The translations under genes and the position numbers were made by a program. Positions 19,667 through 30,801 of a stretch of 64,000 nucleotides of DNA are shown piece after piece; within the stretch, counting starts at the first letter, position 1; each line of letters opens with the position of its first letter. Origin of the DNA: Candidatus Latescibacterota bacterium. GTDB lineage: Bacteria; Latescibacterota; CBDEFO01. The notes under the pieces were generated by a model. That model had not been told where the DNA came from. It was given only the letters and a program-made list of their open reading frames with translations, and searched no databases. Where the stretch lies: assembly GCA_965237525.1 (NCBI GenBank), contig CBDEFO010000008.1:832001-896000 (forward strand), read 5' to 3'.

Positions 19667-19823
19667 ACTATCAGTTGCTCGCTTCCTATTGATGATTCGG
19701 TCAAAGCCTGGTTGGGTTTATGCTTACCCCTCAGTCATCATGATTTACCGACGCCGATGCGTCCTCGATAACCCGCTGTCCCCAACATCCCCCCGATGGT
19801 ATTCATCGTTCCGTACAGAGTAC

Positions 19824-22250
19824 CTATTCTGTCTGAGTGTCATTCGTCGTGTGAGACGTTTCCCGTCTCCGGCGATCGATAAACGATAAAAGAAAATCAT
19901 ACTGTGATTCCTCTAACTCTCCATTTTCAAGATGGCCACACATTCGCTTCTCAAGCGAGTTATAGTCCTCGAGCCGCGTTGCATCGTTCATGCTCGTATC
20001 CTCCGCCTCCGCAATAGCTCTTATCTCCGCAAGTAACGCCATCGTCAAATTCTGTCGTGCTTCGTTGATTTGATTATCGATTAGATCCTCCAACTCACGC
20101 CACCGTGAATTGTCAAGCTCGTTCAGGCGCCACCACTTCATGCTAACCTGCTCCCGGATACGGGCACGAATCTCCCGGAGATTCCTAACAGAATGCTGCT
20201 CACTGATGTCAACAGATACTTCGTGGATTTTTCTAGTCTCCAGGTTACTGATTCTATTGCGCCTCAATGTGAGGAGTCCCTTCAATAAGCCTGCGGCCAC
20301 AACAATTGTCGCCACTCTATACCACATGTGTTTGTCCCATTCGAAAGGAGCCTTTGAAGGCAGATGCTCCATTTCGAGATAGTACTCCTTCGCACCCGGG
20401 TGGAGAGGGATCGAAGGGAGCACCTCGGCCAAGGAATCGTCTGTCGTCCCCAGAAATGCCGCCCCTTCAAATATGGCCTGTGTGACTTTTTTAACATCGT
20501 AGTTTGGTGCTAGCGCTTCTGTGGATACCAGGACAGATCTTGTTTCTATTGTGTTAATATCGGACTCGCCTTTCCTCTGAGACGGATAAGTTTCAGATTG
20601 TATCTTGCCAGTCTCAAAAACTGGCCCGATCAACAATTCCGCCAGTTTTTGGGTTTCGATAGACAGGAGTCTGATCCGATCACCGGCAAGAATCGTTTTG
20701 ACTGCCTCACTCGGCACATAGCTGACGAAGAATCCGCAGTCGATCTCTCCGGCGTGCAACTTATCCACCATCTTTTGAACTGGGTGGAAAATTAGCGTGT
20801 CCATGGAGACACTATGTTGGCGGAGTATGGACTCTGCTATCATTCGTGTCCCGCTGTTCCTGGGCCCAAGACAAATTCGGAGGGCCTGTTCTCTGAGATC
20901 TCCGACAGTCGCTTTGGTGCTATCTTCAGGGGAGAGTTTATCTCGCCTTATCATGATGTGGACCGCCTCGCTGTGAAGCGCTGCAATCCGCTTCATTTTT
21001 TTTACTTCAGGGAAGTCAACTCCTTTCAAAGACTCTACTTTGTAAATGCTCTCGGGATTACCATTATAGGAGGCAAGCGCAACGTCGTATTGCATAATGG
21101 CAAGCGTCCGCGCTGGTCTATCTTTAAGATACTTCGCGTTTGCGACTGATCCGTCAGTGTGAATCACCCTTGCATCAATCCCTCTTAGTTCGAGCAATGT
21201 CTGCATCGTCTGGCCCAACTCATAGTATTTCCCTCTTATCGCTCCCGTTACTATATGCAGCTTCTTCTTTTCCCTTTCCTGAAACTCACTCGCTCCTCTA
21301 TGGAGTTCAAAACCGTGTGCGATGTCCTCGAAAGCGGTCATGAGCCCCACATCTTCCGCCCTCGTGTGCGCGGTCAAGAGACTCTTTATGTTGTCGAACA
21401 AGGCGTCGAGGATGACGAAAGCCAACTGGTCGTCGAGGTTGCTTCTGCATACCAAAAGGGTTGCTATACTAGAGGTCTCGACACGCTTGGCTTGGTTCTT
21501 GTAGAACTCGGCTTGTATATCTTCAATATCTGTTTCTTGGAAGAAAGAGATGTTTGCTACTATTTTTTCTCTGTCCCGACTGAGGTCCAAGAGCTCGCAA
21601 TCACAATCATCAGATTGGAGCGCTTTCTTTACAGCCGTTGTAGGCATACCTGCAACAAAGATGGCTGCATCTAAGCTATCTGAAATCAGCATTTCAGCAG
21701 CCTGCGTAAAACCGAAATCTTCTGATACACTCGTGACATCTTTCTCGGGATCCAAACCAACAACATGGAGGAGAGAATCGGCGACCAGTTTTGTGCCGCT
21801 GCCCGCTTTGCCGAGATAGACCCTTTTCCCCCGCAAATCGCTGAGGCTGTTGATACCAGCATTCTTTCGCACGACGATCTGGAGCATATCTTCATATAGA
21901 TTGGCCAGAATCCTTACCGACTCAGACACCGCTGTTCCACGATGGACTAACGCTGGTTCCAGCACAAAGGCGATATCAGCCTCTTCGGCGACAAGGCGGT
22001 CAATGTTGTCCAGTGAGCCGGCAGTCTCTATATGCTCGGCTTTTACTATGTGTTTTTCATCAAGTTGTTCGAGAATACGTGCGAACTGCTTACCCAATGG
22101 TAGATATGTGCCGCCCCGTGTCGCCGTCGCTATTTTGACTTCCCACATCTCACGCCGGGGGTAGTACACGATGAGAACGACAGCAGCAACAACGATGGTC
22201 AGCGTGACAATAATCCTGCGCCGAAACTTGACCGTCATAACGATTGTCAC
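19824..22250 (-). CDS. Membrane protein with two tandem TAXI-family solute-binding domains and a C-terminal helical domain
   Basis: IATATRGGTY...TAGSLDN...GSGT...LHRGA and IVTGAIRGKY...TDGSVAN...NSGT...PLHPGA; hydrophobic helices at the N-terminus and after domain 2. Confidence 0.8.
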   Translation of the reverse strand: MTIVMTVKFRRRIIVTLTIVVAAVVLIVYYPRREMWEVKIATATRGGTYLPLGKQFARILEQLDEKHIVKAEHIETAGSLDNIDRLVAEEADIAFVLEPALVHRGTAVSESVRILANLYEDMLQIVVRKNAGINSLSDLRGKRVYLGKAGSGTKLVADSLLHVVGLDPEKDVTSVSEDFGFTQAAEMLISDSLDAAIFVAGMPTTAVKKALQSDDCDCELLDLSRDREKIVANISFFQETDIEDIQAEFYKNQAKRVETSSIATLLVCRSNLDDQLAFVILDALFDNIKSLLTAHTRAEDVGLMTAFEDIAHGFELHRGASEFQEREKKKLHIVTGAIRGKYYELGQTMQTLLELRGIDARVIHTDGSVANAKYLKDRPARTLAIMQYDVALASYNGNPESIYKVESLKGVDFPEVKKMKRIAALHSEAVHIMIRRDKLSPEDSTKATVGDLREQALRICLGPRNSGTRMIAESILRQHSVSMDTLIFHPVQKMVDKLHAGEIDCGFFVSYVPSEAVKTILAGDRIRLLSIETQKLAELLIGPVFETGKIQSETYPSQRKGESDINTIETRSVLVSTEALAPNYDVKKVTQAIFEGAAFLGTTDDSLAEVLPSIPLHPGAKEYYLEMEHLPSKAPFEWDKHMWYRVATIVVAAGLLKGLLTLRRNRISNLETRKIHEVSVDISEQHSVRNLREIRARIREQVSMKWWRLNELDNSRWRELEDLIDNQINEARQNLTMALLAEIRAIAEAEDTSMNDATRLEDYNSLEKRMCGHLENGELEESQYDFLLSFIDRRRRETSHTTNDTQTE

Positions 22251-22768
22251 CTTTGTCTAATCATACTTGTGAAGTGCTGATGAATCGATAACCAATTGCG
22301 TGAGAACGCATGGTCCAGCTTTCTGGCCTCTGAAAATTATACTTTTGCACCCTGGAGACTACTTGTGAAAAATCACTCGCTGAAGAAGATCCGACTCTTT
22401 GTATAGTCTACTGTATTTTTTGTGGCTGAAAATCCGTGAAGATATACGATCGATAAAGGCGTTTTGCTTTTTTTCGTCGAGTCCGCCCAAATGAATTCTT
22501 TCTCTGTACCGAAGCATTAGTATATCAAAGCAACTCTCAGATTGTTCTAGGTAAAGCTCAATATCAACCGGAATGCTGACCAGAATTATTTTACAATTGA
22601 TCGAAACACGTGGAAAGCTGAAAAAAGGACAGCAAGACAACAAAACGTAAAAAACTCGTATATTGACTTCTTCTTAAAAAGTCATTATCCTATCTCACTA
22701 ACCCCATTCCTTTCAGGGCGCAGAAGCAAAGTCCGCTTGTCATTTCTTGTAATGTGTTTTTTATCGCA

Positions 22769-23560
22769 TCACTGAGGAGCCAGTATATACGTTGGTTCCT
22801 TCTGGGGCTGCAAAGAATCTGATCCATCGGGGTCATTATATGTGTTATAGATATACAGTTTATTATTCAGCCATTTGAACGGATAACGAATTCGTTGGCC
22901 CTCTTCATCTTTCTCACCGATGACGTAAAAATATTCACACCAAGACATGGCAGATAAGAAACTATCAAGGCTTACTTTGTAAGAGAACGATTTATCCGGC
23001 CATTCTGCTTTTCCTGATTGATGAAACGTGAATGTTCTCCCGTTTTGGTCAGTGTAAGTTCCAACCAGCAGTACAAAGTTAATGTAATCTGCCAAAGGTG
23101 GTTTGAGACGCACAAAACTTATTTTCTGCTCCCCTTTCATGTGGAGGTAGATAGGATCAAAAATCCATTGAATTTCATTACCTGTTAGCCCTTCAGGGAA
23201 AAAGAATCTGTCATTTTCACTAATTCTACCACTATCCTGATGCTCATAAAATACCAGTTCATATGTATTCGGATCAGAGCAAGTTAAATCAACAACATTG
23301 TACCGCATTCCTTCATGAAATCCAAGTACAATAAGCCACTTATATATATTGTCTTCTTGAGAGATGTAAAATGCCGGAATTTCACATATTGCTCGATAAT
23401 GTGATCTCATTTTGTGGAGTTTTTCGAGATAGTTAGTATTAATCCACTGCCCTTGTAGTTGATCCAAGCCGATTTCTTCTGCGAACATTGGAGAAGAAGA
23501 TAACACTAAAAAAATGAGAGAGGAAATTATATGTTTCATTCGACATGCCCTCTGTTTCAC
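22769..23560 (-). CDS. Exported hypothetical protein
   Basis: 263-aa AT-rich ORF with signal peptide; likely start at MKHIIS. Confidence 0.65.
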   Translation of the reverse strand: MKQRACRMKHIISSLIFLVLSSSPMFAEEIGLDQLQGQWINTNYLEKLHKMRSHYRAICEIPAFYISQEDNIYKWLIVLGFHEGMRYNVVDLTCSDPNTYELVFYEHQDSGRISENDRFFFPEGLTGNEIQWIFDPIYLHMKGEQKISFVRLKPPLADYINFVLLVGTYTDQNGRTFTFHQSGKAEWPDKSFSYKVSLDSFLSAMSWCEYFYVIGEKDEEGQRIRYPFKWLNNKLYIYNTYNDPDGSDSLQPQKEPTYILAPQ

Positions 23561-23778
23561 GCACAGTTGATTTGGTTTGGGCTTTATTCACAAAAATTTG
23601 TTATTTCTCATATACTTATTTCACAAACGGCAATAATCAAAATTTGGTAGCTTCTTCCGAAAAACAACTGATAATGATTTTAACACATTTTCTCCTTCAT
23701 GTCAAAAAAGTTTCTGGAGATTCTCTATTTTTTGATCTTTTCCAAATCTGGGCACACTCCACCTTACACCTTGCTTTT

Positions 23779-23986
23779 TCACATTGAATCAACCTGCTTT
23801 TTCGTATGGCCAAATCCATTCGTCTCCATCCTATACAGTTAGAACCCGCTGGCAAGACACGTGCCATTACCATCTTTCCCATCCAAGACCTTGGAGTATC
23901 CACCTGCCGCTATCTCTCTATCCACTAAGGAAGGAACCTTCTGCCCCAGAAAATTGAAGACATACATCTTGATGCGTTTGGATGTC
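23779..23986 (-). pseudogene. Orphan relic of a FlgD-Ig/T9SS-A-like C-terminal domain
   Basis: Manual translation YVFNFLGQKVPSLVD...YSKVLDGKDGNGTCLASGF*LYRMETNGFGHTKK aligns with the tail of 36624..39353. Confidence 0.65.
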
Positions 23987-25216
23987 CTATTTCGACAGAT
24001 CTGAAACCATCTTCTGGACTTCGCCTTCTAGTTTCAACGTAATGCGTTCTACGATATTTCTCTTCTCCTTTTTGTAAGCTTCATAATCGTCCAACAAATT
24101 CCGAGGAGTGGCAACTCGGATGAGAGCCGTCCTGGGTCCTTTAGTCTTAGCGAAGCCGTAGACTTCCTTTTCCAAGCGGGCGATGACTTCCAGAAAGCGC
24201 TCCTGAGTTGGGTTCTCACCGACGTACCCTTCGTAGATGGCAATAAAGTTCACGACGCGGTTGAGGTCTATGTAAAACTGTCGGAATTTGTCGAGCCCCT
24301 GTCTATGGATCCCGCCCTCATATTCTGTCATCTCGTCCTCTTCCCTGTAAACCTCCTCATCGATCCGGTTTTGAATAGTCCGAACCCGCTTTAGGGGGGA
24401 AGATTCCGATTGGGGAACAATTCCCATAAAGTTCTCCATCTGCGACAGAATATGTCCTCTCAAAAGTTGAATGCGTTCATTAAGCGAACTGTCATCGCTC
24501 AGAGGCAATTGATATTCCTTTGCCAGTGTAATCAATAATACAGCCCCCACGTTCTGCAGGCGATCATATAAATCTTCTGATGGACTTGAATTCTTGCGTA
24601 GAATTTTTCTCTCTAACTTCGTGAGTGCCTTTTCTATTTCCCGCCACATATCTTTCTCGTAGACATACTTGATGGCCACAGGTGCAACGTACATGGGCTT
24701 AACTTGACCTGCCTTTTCAAGATCGTCCAGCGCCCAGAAGCCCATCTGTGCGCCGCCGCTTTCGAAGGGCATTACGGTATCGTTCTGGAACGAGACCTCA
24801 CCTTCTGCGAAGATGACTACCTTATGCTTTCCTTTGGTCAAAGTTCCTCGTGTCGTTCGGAACGATTCCCGATCGACGGCTCCGCGCACCACTGAATAGG
24901 CCCCCAGCCGCTGCATGAGGAATCCTCTCATTCTTCCTCCCGCCCGTAGATGAAAAGTCTCCCGCGCAGCCACGTAACGGAATCGCTCCCCGAGGCGCTT
25001 TGACAGCGTGAAGATCACGAACGGGTCTACATCAGTTGGATGGTTCGGAACCAGGATCGTAGGAAATCCATCGGTCGCCCTTAGCCTCTCCATCGATTCA
25101 GAATCAATATCTAAACCCAGGCCCTTGAATCGCATGATTACGGGCAAAAGACACTCGGTCAACCCGATCACAAGTCTATTCTCTCTGGGAGGTCTGAAAT
25201 CTAACAATATGATCAC
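23987..25216 (-). CDS. Lysophospholipid acyltransferase (PlsC-like) family protein
   Basis: NHPTDVD (HX4D) and IFAEG motifs. Confidence 0.85.
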   Translation of the reverse strand: MIILLDFRPPRENRLVIGLTECLLPVIMRFKGLGLDIDSESMERLRATDGFPTILVPNHPTDVDPFVIFTLSKRLGERFRYVAARETFHLRAGGRMRGFLMQRLGAYSVVRGAVDRESFRTTRGTLTKGKHKVVIFAEGEVSFQNDTVMPFESGGAQMGFWALDDLEKAGQVKPMYVAPVAIKYVYEKDMWREIEKALTKLERKILRKNSSPSEDLYDRLQNVGAVLLITLAKEYQLPLSDDSSLNERIQLLRGHILSQMENFMGIVPQSESSPLKRVRTIQNRIDEEVYREEDEMTEYEGGIHRQGLDKFRQFYIDLNRVVNFIAIYEGYVGENPTQERFLEVIARLEKEVYGFAKTKGPRTALIRVATPRNLLDDYEAYKKEKRNIVERITLKLEGEVQKMVSDLSK

Positions 25217-25270
25217 CTCTGTGTCGCGGTCTTTCCTACAGGAGCGAGTGCACGAAATAAGTATCCTGAA

Positions 25271-27127
25271 CTATCCCGAATAGGTCTGGTCGATAAGCTT
25301 TTCGTAACGGGACAGAATGGCCTTCGGCACCAGCTTCTTGAGGCCGCGGGTCAGAGTGCCATCTTCTTCTGTGAAGGGCTCTGTAAGGACCAGGATCTTC
25401 TGCGGCCTTTCGTGTCCGGGAAGTCCGGCGCTGTCTGCTTCTCTCTTCATCTGTTCGTGGATCCGCTCTACGATGGTCGGATGAGAAGAGAGGGCACCTT
25501 CATCTCCTCTGGGCAGGTCCGGGATGTCGGACTGCATGTTGGCCTCATCGAGATCGATGGTGACCAGGGGCAGGGGAAAGGTGCGCGTGTGGTCCCCGCA
25601 TACCAGAACATGCTCGATGAGCGGGACGCGGGCGTAAATGCCTTCGAGGCGTTCGGGGTTCACAAACTCGCCGTTTTTGAGTTTGAACTGTCGCCCCGCG
25701 CGGCCTCTGAATGTGAGATACCCCTCATTGTCCATGCTGAAGAGATCGCTGGTCCGGTACCAGATCTTTCCTTCACTGTCCCGGACAAGGACCTTCGCGG
25801 TCTGCTCAGGATCATTCAGATATTCTGCCATGACATTTGGGCCGTGCACCCATAGCTCCCCAGCTTCTTCGGCGCTGCCTTCATAGACCCCGGTTTCAGG
25901 ATCTCCGTGAGCGATCTTATGGCCGTCTGAATCCACGAGTTTGACTTCCATAAGGGGTCGTCCCACCGTTCCGGTCTTCTGGCCTCCCAGGCTGTTCGTC
26001 GCGATGAGGGGGCAGCATTCTGTCGTGCCATAGGCCTCGTAGGTTGTGATATCGAGGACCTCTTGGAAGAAATCGAGGGCCTCGGGGTCGGCCTTTGCCG
26101 CTCCTACGATCAAGAGTTCGAGGCGGCTGCCCACCCGGTCAAAGAGTTTACTTCTGATCTTCTCGACGATCCTCTTCCCAAAGGTCGCATTCGCGAGTCT
26201 ATCAACTATGTTGGCCTTGTCCTGTGAGATGCTACGCTTGGCGCGGATAGCTCGACTGACCAGACTACCTTTGAGACCCCCGGCGTCGATCTGTTTGCGC
26301 ACATTCTGGTAGACCTTTTCCAGTATGAGAGGGACGGTCAAGAATCCTTGGGGCTCAAAATGGCGTATGTCAACCAGCGCGCGGTCCGGGGAGCGCGGAA
26401 GATCGAGAGTCCAGCCCTTGGCCAGAGGGTAATAGATATTCAGAATGCCCATCGAGTGGTAGTCGGGAGCCGCTTTGAAGAAGATGAAGGGATCGCGCTC
26501 GGTGATGATGTCCCAAATCTCTTTCACGTTAGCCACAATATTGGTGTGGGTCTGAACTACACCTTTTGGAAGTCCGGAGGAACCGGAGGTGTAGATGACC
26601 TTCGACTCGTCGTCAGGGGCAAGTGCCACCCTGGGGGGTTCTTCCTGAGCGCCGGCCTCCATAATTTCCGAGAAAGAGCGGCAGCCGTCGATCTTGCCTT
26701 CGGTGAGGATGAGGTGAGGCGGATTCTCCAAAGATGGCCGAATGCGCACAGCCTGTTTGTGGCTCTTGGGGTCGATAAAGAGAAACACGATGCCGGATGA
26801 ATTGATGTTGTGGACAAGAATGTCGTCGGGGAGTTTGTTGCACAGGGGGACCGAGGATATGCCCAACAGGTCGGCGGCCAGAAAGATTACGAGGGGCTCG
26901 ACTCCACCGTCGGTGAGGATGCCAACACGCTGGCCTTTTGTGATGCCGAGTTGGGCGAATCCAGAAGCGAGGCGATCTCTATGATCTCTGAGCTCTCTGT
27001 ACGTCGTCGACAGAAAACGCACTCCTTTTGTTCTCTGCCCGCCTGCTGACTGCAACGTACGTAAGGCCGTACGGTCGGCGTGCTTGTCGAAGCTTTGGTT
27101 CATCAGATCTGTTAAGGTCTGGCTCAT
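25271..27127 (-). CDS. Long-chain fatty-acid-CoA ligase (AMP-binding)
   Basis: YTSGSSGLPKG, YGTTE, WYRTSD and FKLKNGEFV motifs. Confidence 0.88.
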   Translation of the reverse strand: MSQTLTDLMNQSFDKHADRTALRTLQSAGGQRTKGVRFLSTTYRELRDHRDRLASGFAQLGITKGQRVGILTDGGVEPLVIFLAADLLGISSVPLCNKLPDDILVHNINSSGIVFLFIDPKSHKQAVRIRPSLENPPHLILTEGKIDGCRSFSEIMEAGAQEEPPRVALAPDDESKVIYTSGSSGLPKGVVQTHTNIVANVKEIWDIITERDPFIFFKAAPDYHSMGILNIYYPLAKGWTLDLPRSPDRALVDIRHFEPQGFLTVPLILEKVYQNVRKQIDAGGLKGSLVSRAIRAKRSISQDKANIVDRLANATFGKRIVEKIRSKLFDRVGSRLELLIVGAAKADPEALDFFQEVLDITTYEAYGTTECCPLIATNSLGGQKTGTVGRPLMEVKLVDSDGHKIAHGDPETGVYEGSAEEAGELWVHGPNVMAEYLNDPEQTAKVLVRDSEGKIWYRTSDLFSMDNEGYLTFRGRAGRQFKLKNGEFVNPERLEGIYARVPLIEHVLVCGDHTRTFPLPLVTIDLDEANMQSDIPDLPRGDEGALSSHPTIVERIHEQMKREADSAGLPGHERPQKILVLTEPFTEEDGTLTRGLKKLVPKAILSRYEKLIDQTYSG

Positions 27128-27398
27128 CGTTCACATGCCCTTTCATCCGTAGTTTTTGTCCACGTAATCCACGTGAGCATTAGAATTGGATGTAGCGCTA
27201 GTGCTTTATAACAACTGCTGCAGAAGAGCGTTGGACTTTTTCGGAAGGTGGAGATCTCGCTTGACTTCGGACTCTTTAAGGGTGTTATATGCTGTTTCCG
27301 GCCCTTGACATCCCGACGGAGAGATGCTGGGCCAAGAGGCTATCTATATCGAAGCCTCCCGGGCATTCTTGTGGACCGGAGAAATAGACCATCTCTTA

Positions 27399-28917
27399 AA
27401 GCCTTGTGAAATAGTTATGTCCCAGGCAGCGTCTGAAGCGCCGATTATGGGTCAAAGAGAAGCATATCGTATCGTTTTGCTGTGGAATAAGCAAAATAGT
27501 CTTATCAGAGTTCTGGTCAGCAAGGAATAGGAGCTGTTTGAAGAACAGGATGCACTGTCTTTGACAGACAGGGCACACATAGACGCTTTCCCCCTTCTTA
27601 TGAAAGATACAAGCCTCTTGAGATTCTGTACTGTTGCAACAAGATTCAACTGTTCATTCAGTGAGGCTGGTCCTCTGTAACGGGCTCGTCCCATACCGTG
27701 TTGTTGCCTGGCTTCAGCAAAGATATGTTCACTGCGTTTACGGAGTCTCCGGGAGAGTTTGTAGTCAGCTGTTAATGAGATAGACCGTGCATGATTTCTG
27801 GCTTTCGCCTCTCGCACTTTTCTATCCCGTTCGGCCTGAATATGTGCTGAATTTGTCTTGTTTTTCCATGTAGGAATCGGTTCAATCTTCTCATCGGCTC
27901 GCAGAGGAATATGGGGTATGATTCCCCGGTCAAGTACATCAGCGATAAAATTACCAGAACCGTAACCGGTATCGGCACTAAGTGTCTGAATGTCTTTGGG
28001 CATGGTGTATGTTTCAAGGTCATCTACCATCTTAAGGGCACTTTCGGGCTCTGCTGTCCCTGTCGCCTGCGTGCCCTGAGTCTCAAGGATTACTCTGCTT
28101 TTTGTGTCGATCAGATCATGGCCCATAAACGAGAGAAAAGCCCCTTTGCCCTTCGATTTGCTGTATAAGCGCGCGTCGGGGTCTGTAGTCGAACGGTGTG
28201 TTTGGTTCGTCCACTTTTCACCATGAAAGTCTTTATCCTGAGGATGCCCGGACCTACCCTTTGTCTTATCACCTTCAAAACCGATTCCCTTGAGATAATC
28301 ATCAAGAGAAACAGGGGGTTCTATCGGCTCAATACTTTTCACTGAAGCATCAGCTTGTATCTGAGTGCCGTCGACACTAAGGTGTTTACCGCTCACAAGA
28401 CCGACATCTATGCAACACTGGACTACCTGACGCATTATCCGTTCAAACAACCCACTGGATGCCCACTTGTGATTGCGAAGCTTGTTGATCGTGCTCCTAT
28501 CCGGAACCGCATCATCAAATGTCTGATGACAAAACAACCGATATGCCGCATGCATCCCCACTTCCTGACAGAGCCGATTCTCACTCAAATTATACAGATA
28601 GCCAATAAGGATCATTCGAACAACTAATTCAGGATCAATACCGGGTCTGCCATTGTCAGGGCAATAACAATCTGATACAACGTCTCGTACAAATGAAAAA
28701 TCAACTGCCTCATCAATCTGACGAAGGATATGATCCTCGGGAACTAAATCCTCCATCTGAAAATAGTGAAACATCGGATTTGTCTGTTCCTGCTTTTGTG
28801 GGGTCATTGTTTCCTCCATGTATAATATTATCAATAACATAATATAATACATCGGAACTGCTTTATCAATGCTTGTTCTATACTACTTTCTGAATCTAAG
28901 GGTTTTTCACAAGGCTT
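27399..28917 (-). mobile_element. IS1182-family element, intact copy (transposase 27452..28852)
   Basis: 1519 bp; IRs AAGCCTTGTGAAA...TTTCACAAGGCTT; DUF772-like N-terminus (GRPGIDP) and VDGT, ADTGY, RSEHIFAE motifs. Confidence 0.92.
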
Positions 28918-29331
28918 TTAATTTATTGTAAATTCTCACAGTGCTGGCGTTTTCGTAAGAGCCAGGTTGCGAGTGAACCTCGCCCCTACATGCATCGTTA
29001 CGGCGTGGAGGGAACAAGCCATCCCCGATAGGTTCATTAGATCTGTTAAGGTCTGGCTCATCGTTCACATGCCCTTTCATCCGTAGTTTTTGTCCACGTA
29101 ATCCACGTGAGCATTAGAATTGGATGTAGCGCTAGTGCTTTATAACAACTGCTGCAGAAGAGCGTTGGACTTTTTCGGAAGGTGGAGATCTCGCTTGACT
29201 TCGGACTCTTTAAGGGTGTTAATGCTGTTTCCGGCCCTTGACATCCCGACGGAGAGATGCTGGGCCAAGAGGCTATCTATATCGAAGCCTCCCGGGCATT
29301 CTTGTGGACCGGAGAAATAGACCATCTCTTA

Positions 29332-30369
29332 AAGCCTTGTGAAATAGTTATGTCCCAGGCAGCGTCTGAAGCGCCGATTATGGGTCAAAGAGAAGCATAT
29401 CGTATCGTTTTGCTGTGGAATAAGCAAAATAGTCTTATCAGAGTTCTGGTCAGCAAGGAACAGGAGCTGTTTGAAGAACAGGATGCACTGTCTTTGACAG
29501 ACAGGGCACACATAGACGCTTTCCCCCTTCTTATGAAAGATACAAGCCTCTTGAGATTCTGTACTGTTGCAACAAGATTCAACTGTTCATTCAGTGAGGC
29601 TGGTCCTCTATAACGGGCTCGTCCCATACCGTGTTGTTGCCTGGCTTCAGCTGTTAATGAGATAGAATGATTTCTGGCTTTCGCCTCCGATCCCGTTCTG
29701 AATATGTGCTGGATTTGTCTTGTTTTTCCATGTAGGAATCGGTTCAATCTTCTATCGTTCACTGCGTTTACGGAGATCAAGGTCATCGGTAACCGGTAAC
29801 TAAGTTTGTAGTCATCAGCTGTCTAATGATCAGGGCCCAATAGCCCCTTTGATCGTGCATCGTCCACTTTTCACATTTACTGGACCTACCCTTTGTTTCG
29901 ACTCATCAAGAGCACTTTTCTATCAAGCTTGCCTGAATACTGTGCTCAATCAAGACGTCTTGGACTACCTGACGCATTATCCGTTTGGATCCTTGTAGGA
30001 AGCTTGTTGATCGGTGCTCCTATCCAATCTTCATCATCTGGCTCGCATGCATCCCCACTTCCTGAGAGCCGAATCAAATTATACAGATAGCCAATAAGGA
30101 TCATTCGAACAACTAATTCAGGATCAATACCGGGTCTGCCATTGTTCCTGATACAACGTCTCGTACAAATGAAAAATCAACGGTCAAGTCGGGAACTAAA
30201 TCCTCCATCTGAAAATAGTGAAACATCGGATTTGTCTGTTCCTGCTTTTGTGGGGTCATTGTTTCCTCCATGTATAATATTATCAATAACATAATATAAT
30301 ACATCGGAACTGCTTTATCAATGCTTGTTCTATACTACTTTCTGAATCTAAGGGTTTTTCACAAGGCTT
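29332..30369 (-). mobile_element. IS1182-family copy with corrupted interior
   Basis: Both IRs intact; interior riddled with deletions and shuffled fragments. Confidence 0.7.
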
Positions 30370-30801
30370 TTAATTTATTGTAAATTCTCACAGTGCTGGC
30401 GTTTTCGTAAGAGCCAGGTTACGCGGCCCGCGAGAGGGCGAGTGAACCTCGCCCCTACATGCATCGTTACGGCGTGGAGGGAACAAGCCATCCCCGATAG
30501 GTTCATTAGATCTGTTAAGGTCTGGCTCATCGTTCACATGCCCTTTCATCCGTAGTTTTTGTCCACGTAATCCACGTGAGCATTAGAATTGGATGTAGCG
30601 CTAGTGCTTTATAACAACTGCTGCAGAAGAGCGTTGGACTTTTTCGGAAGGTGGAGATCTCGCTTGACTTCGGACTCTTTAAGGGTGTTATATGCTGTTT
30701 CCGGCCCTTGACATCCCGACGGAGAGATGCTGGGCCAAGAGGCTATCTATATCGAAGCCTCCCGGGCATTCTTGTGGACCGGAGAAATAGACCATCTCTT
30801 A

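Noticed and set aside
22359..22643. 94-aa ORF
   Set aside because: No RBS or recognisable motif; probably decayed sequence.
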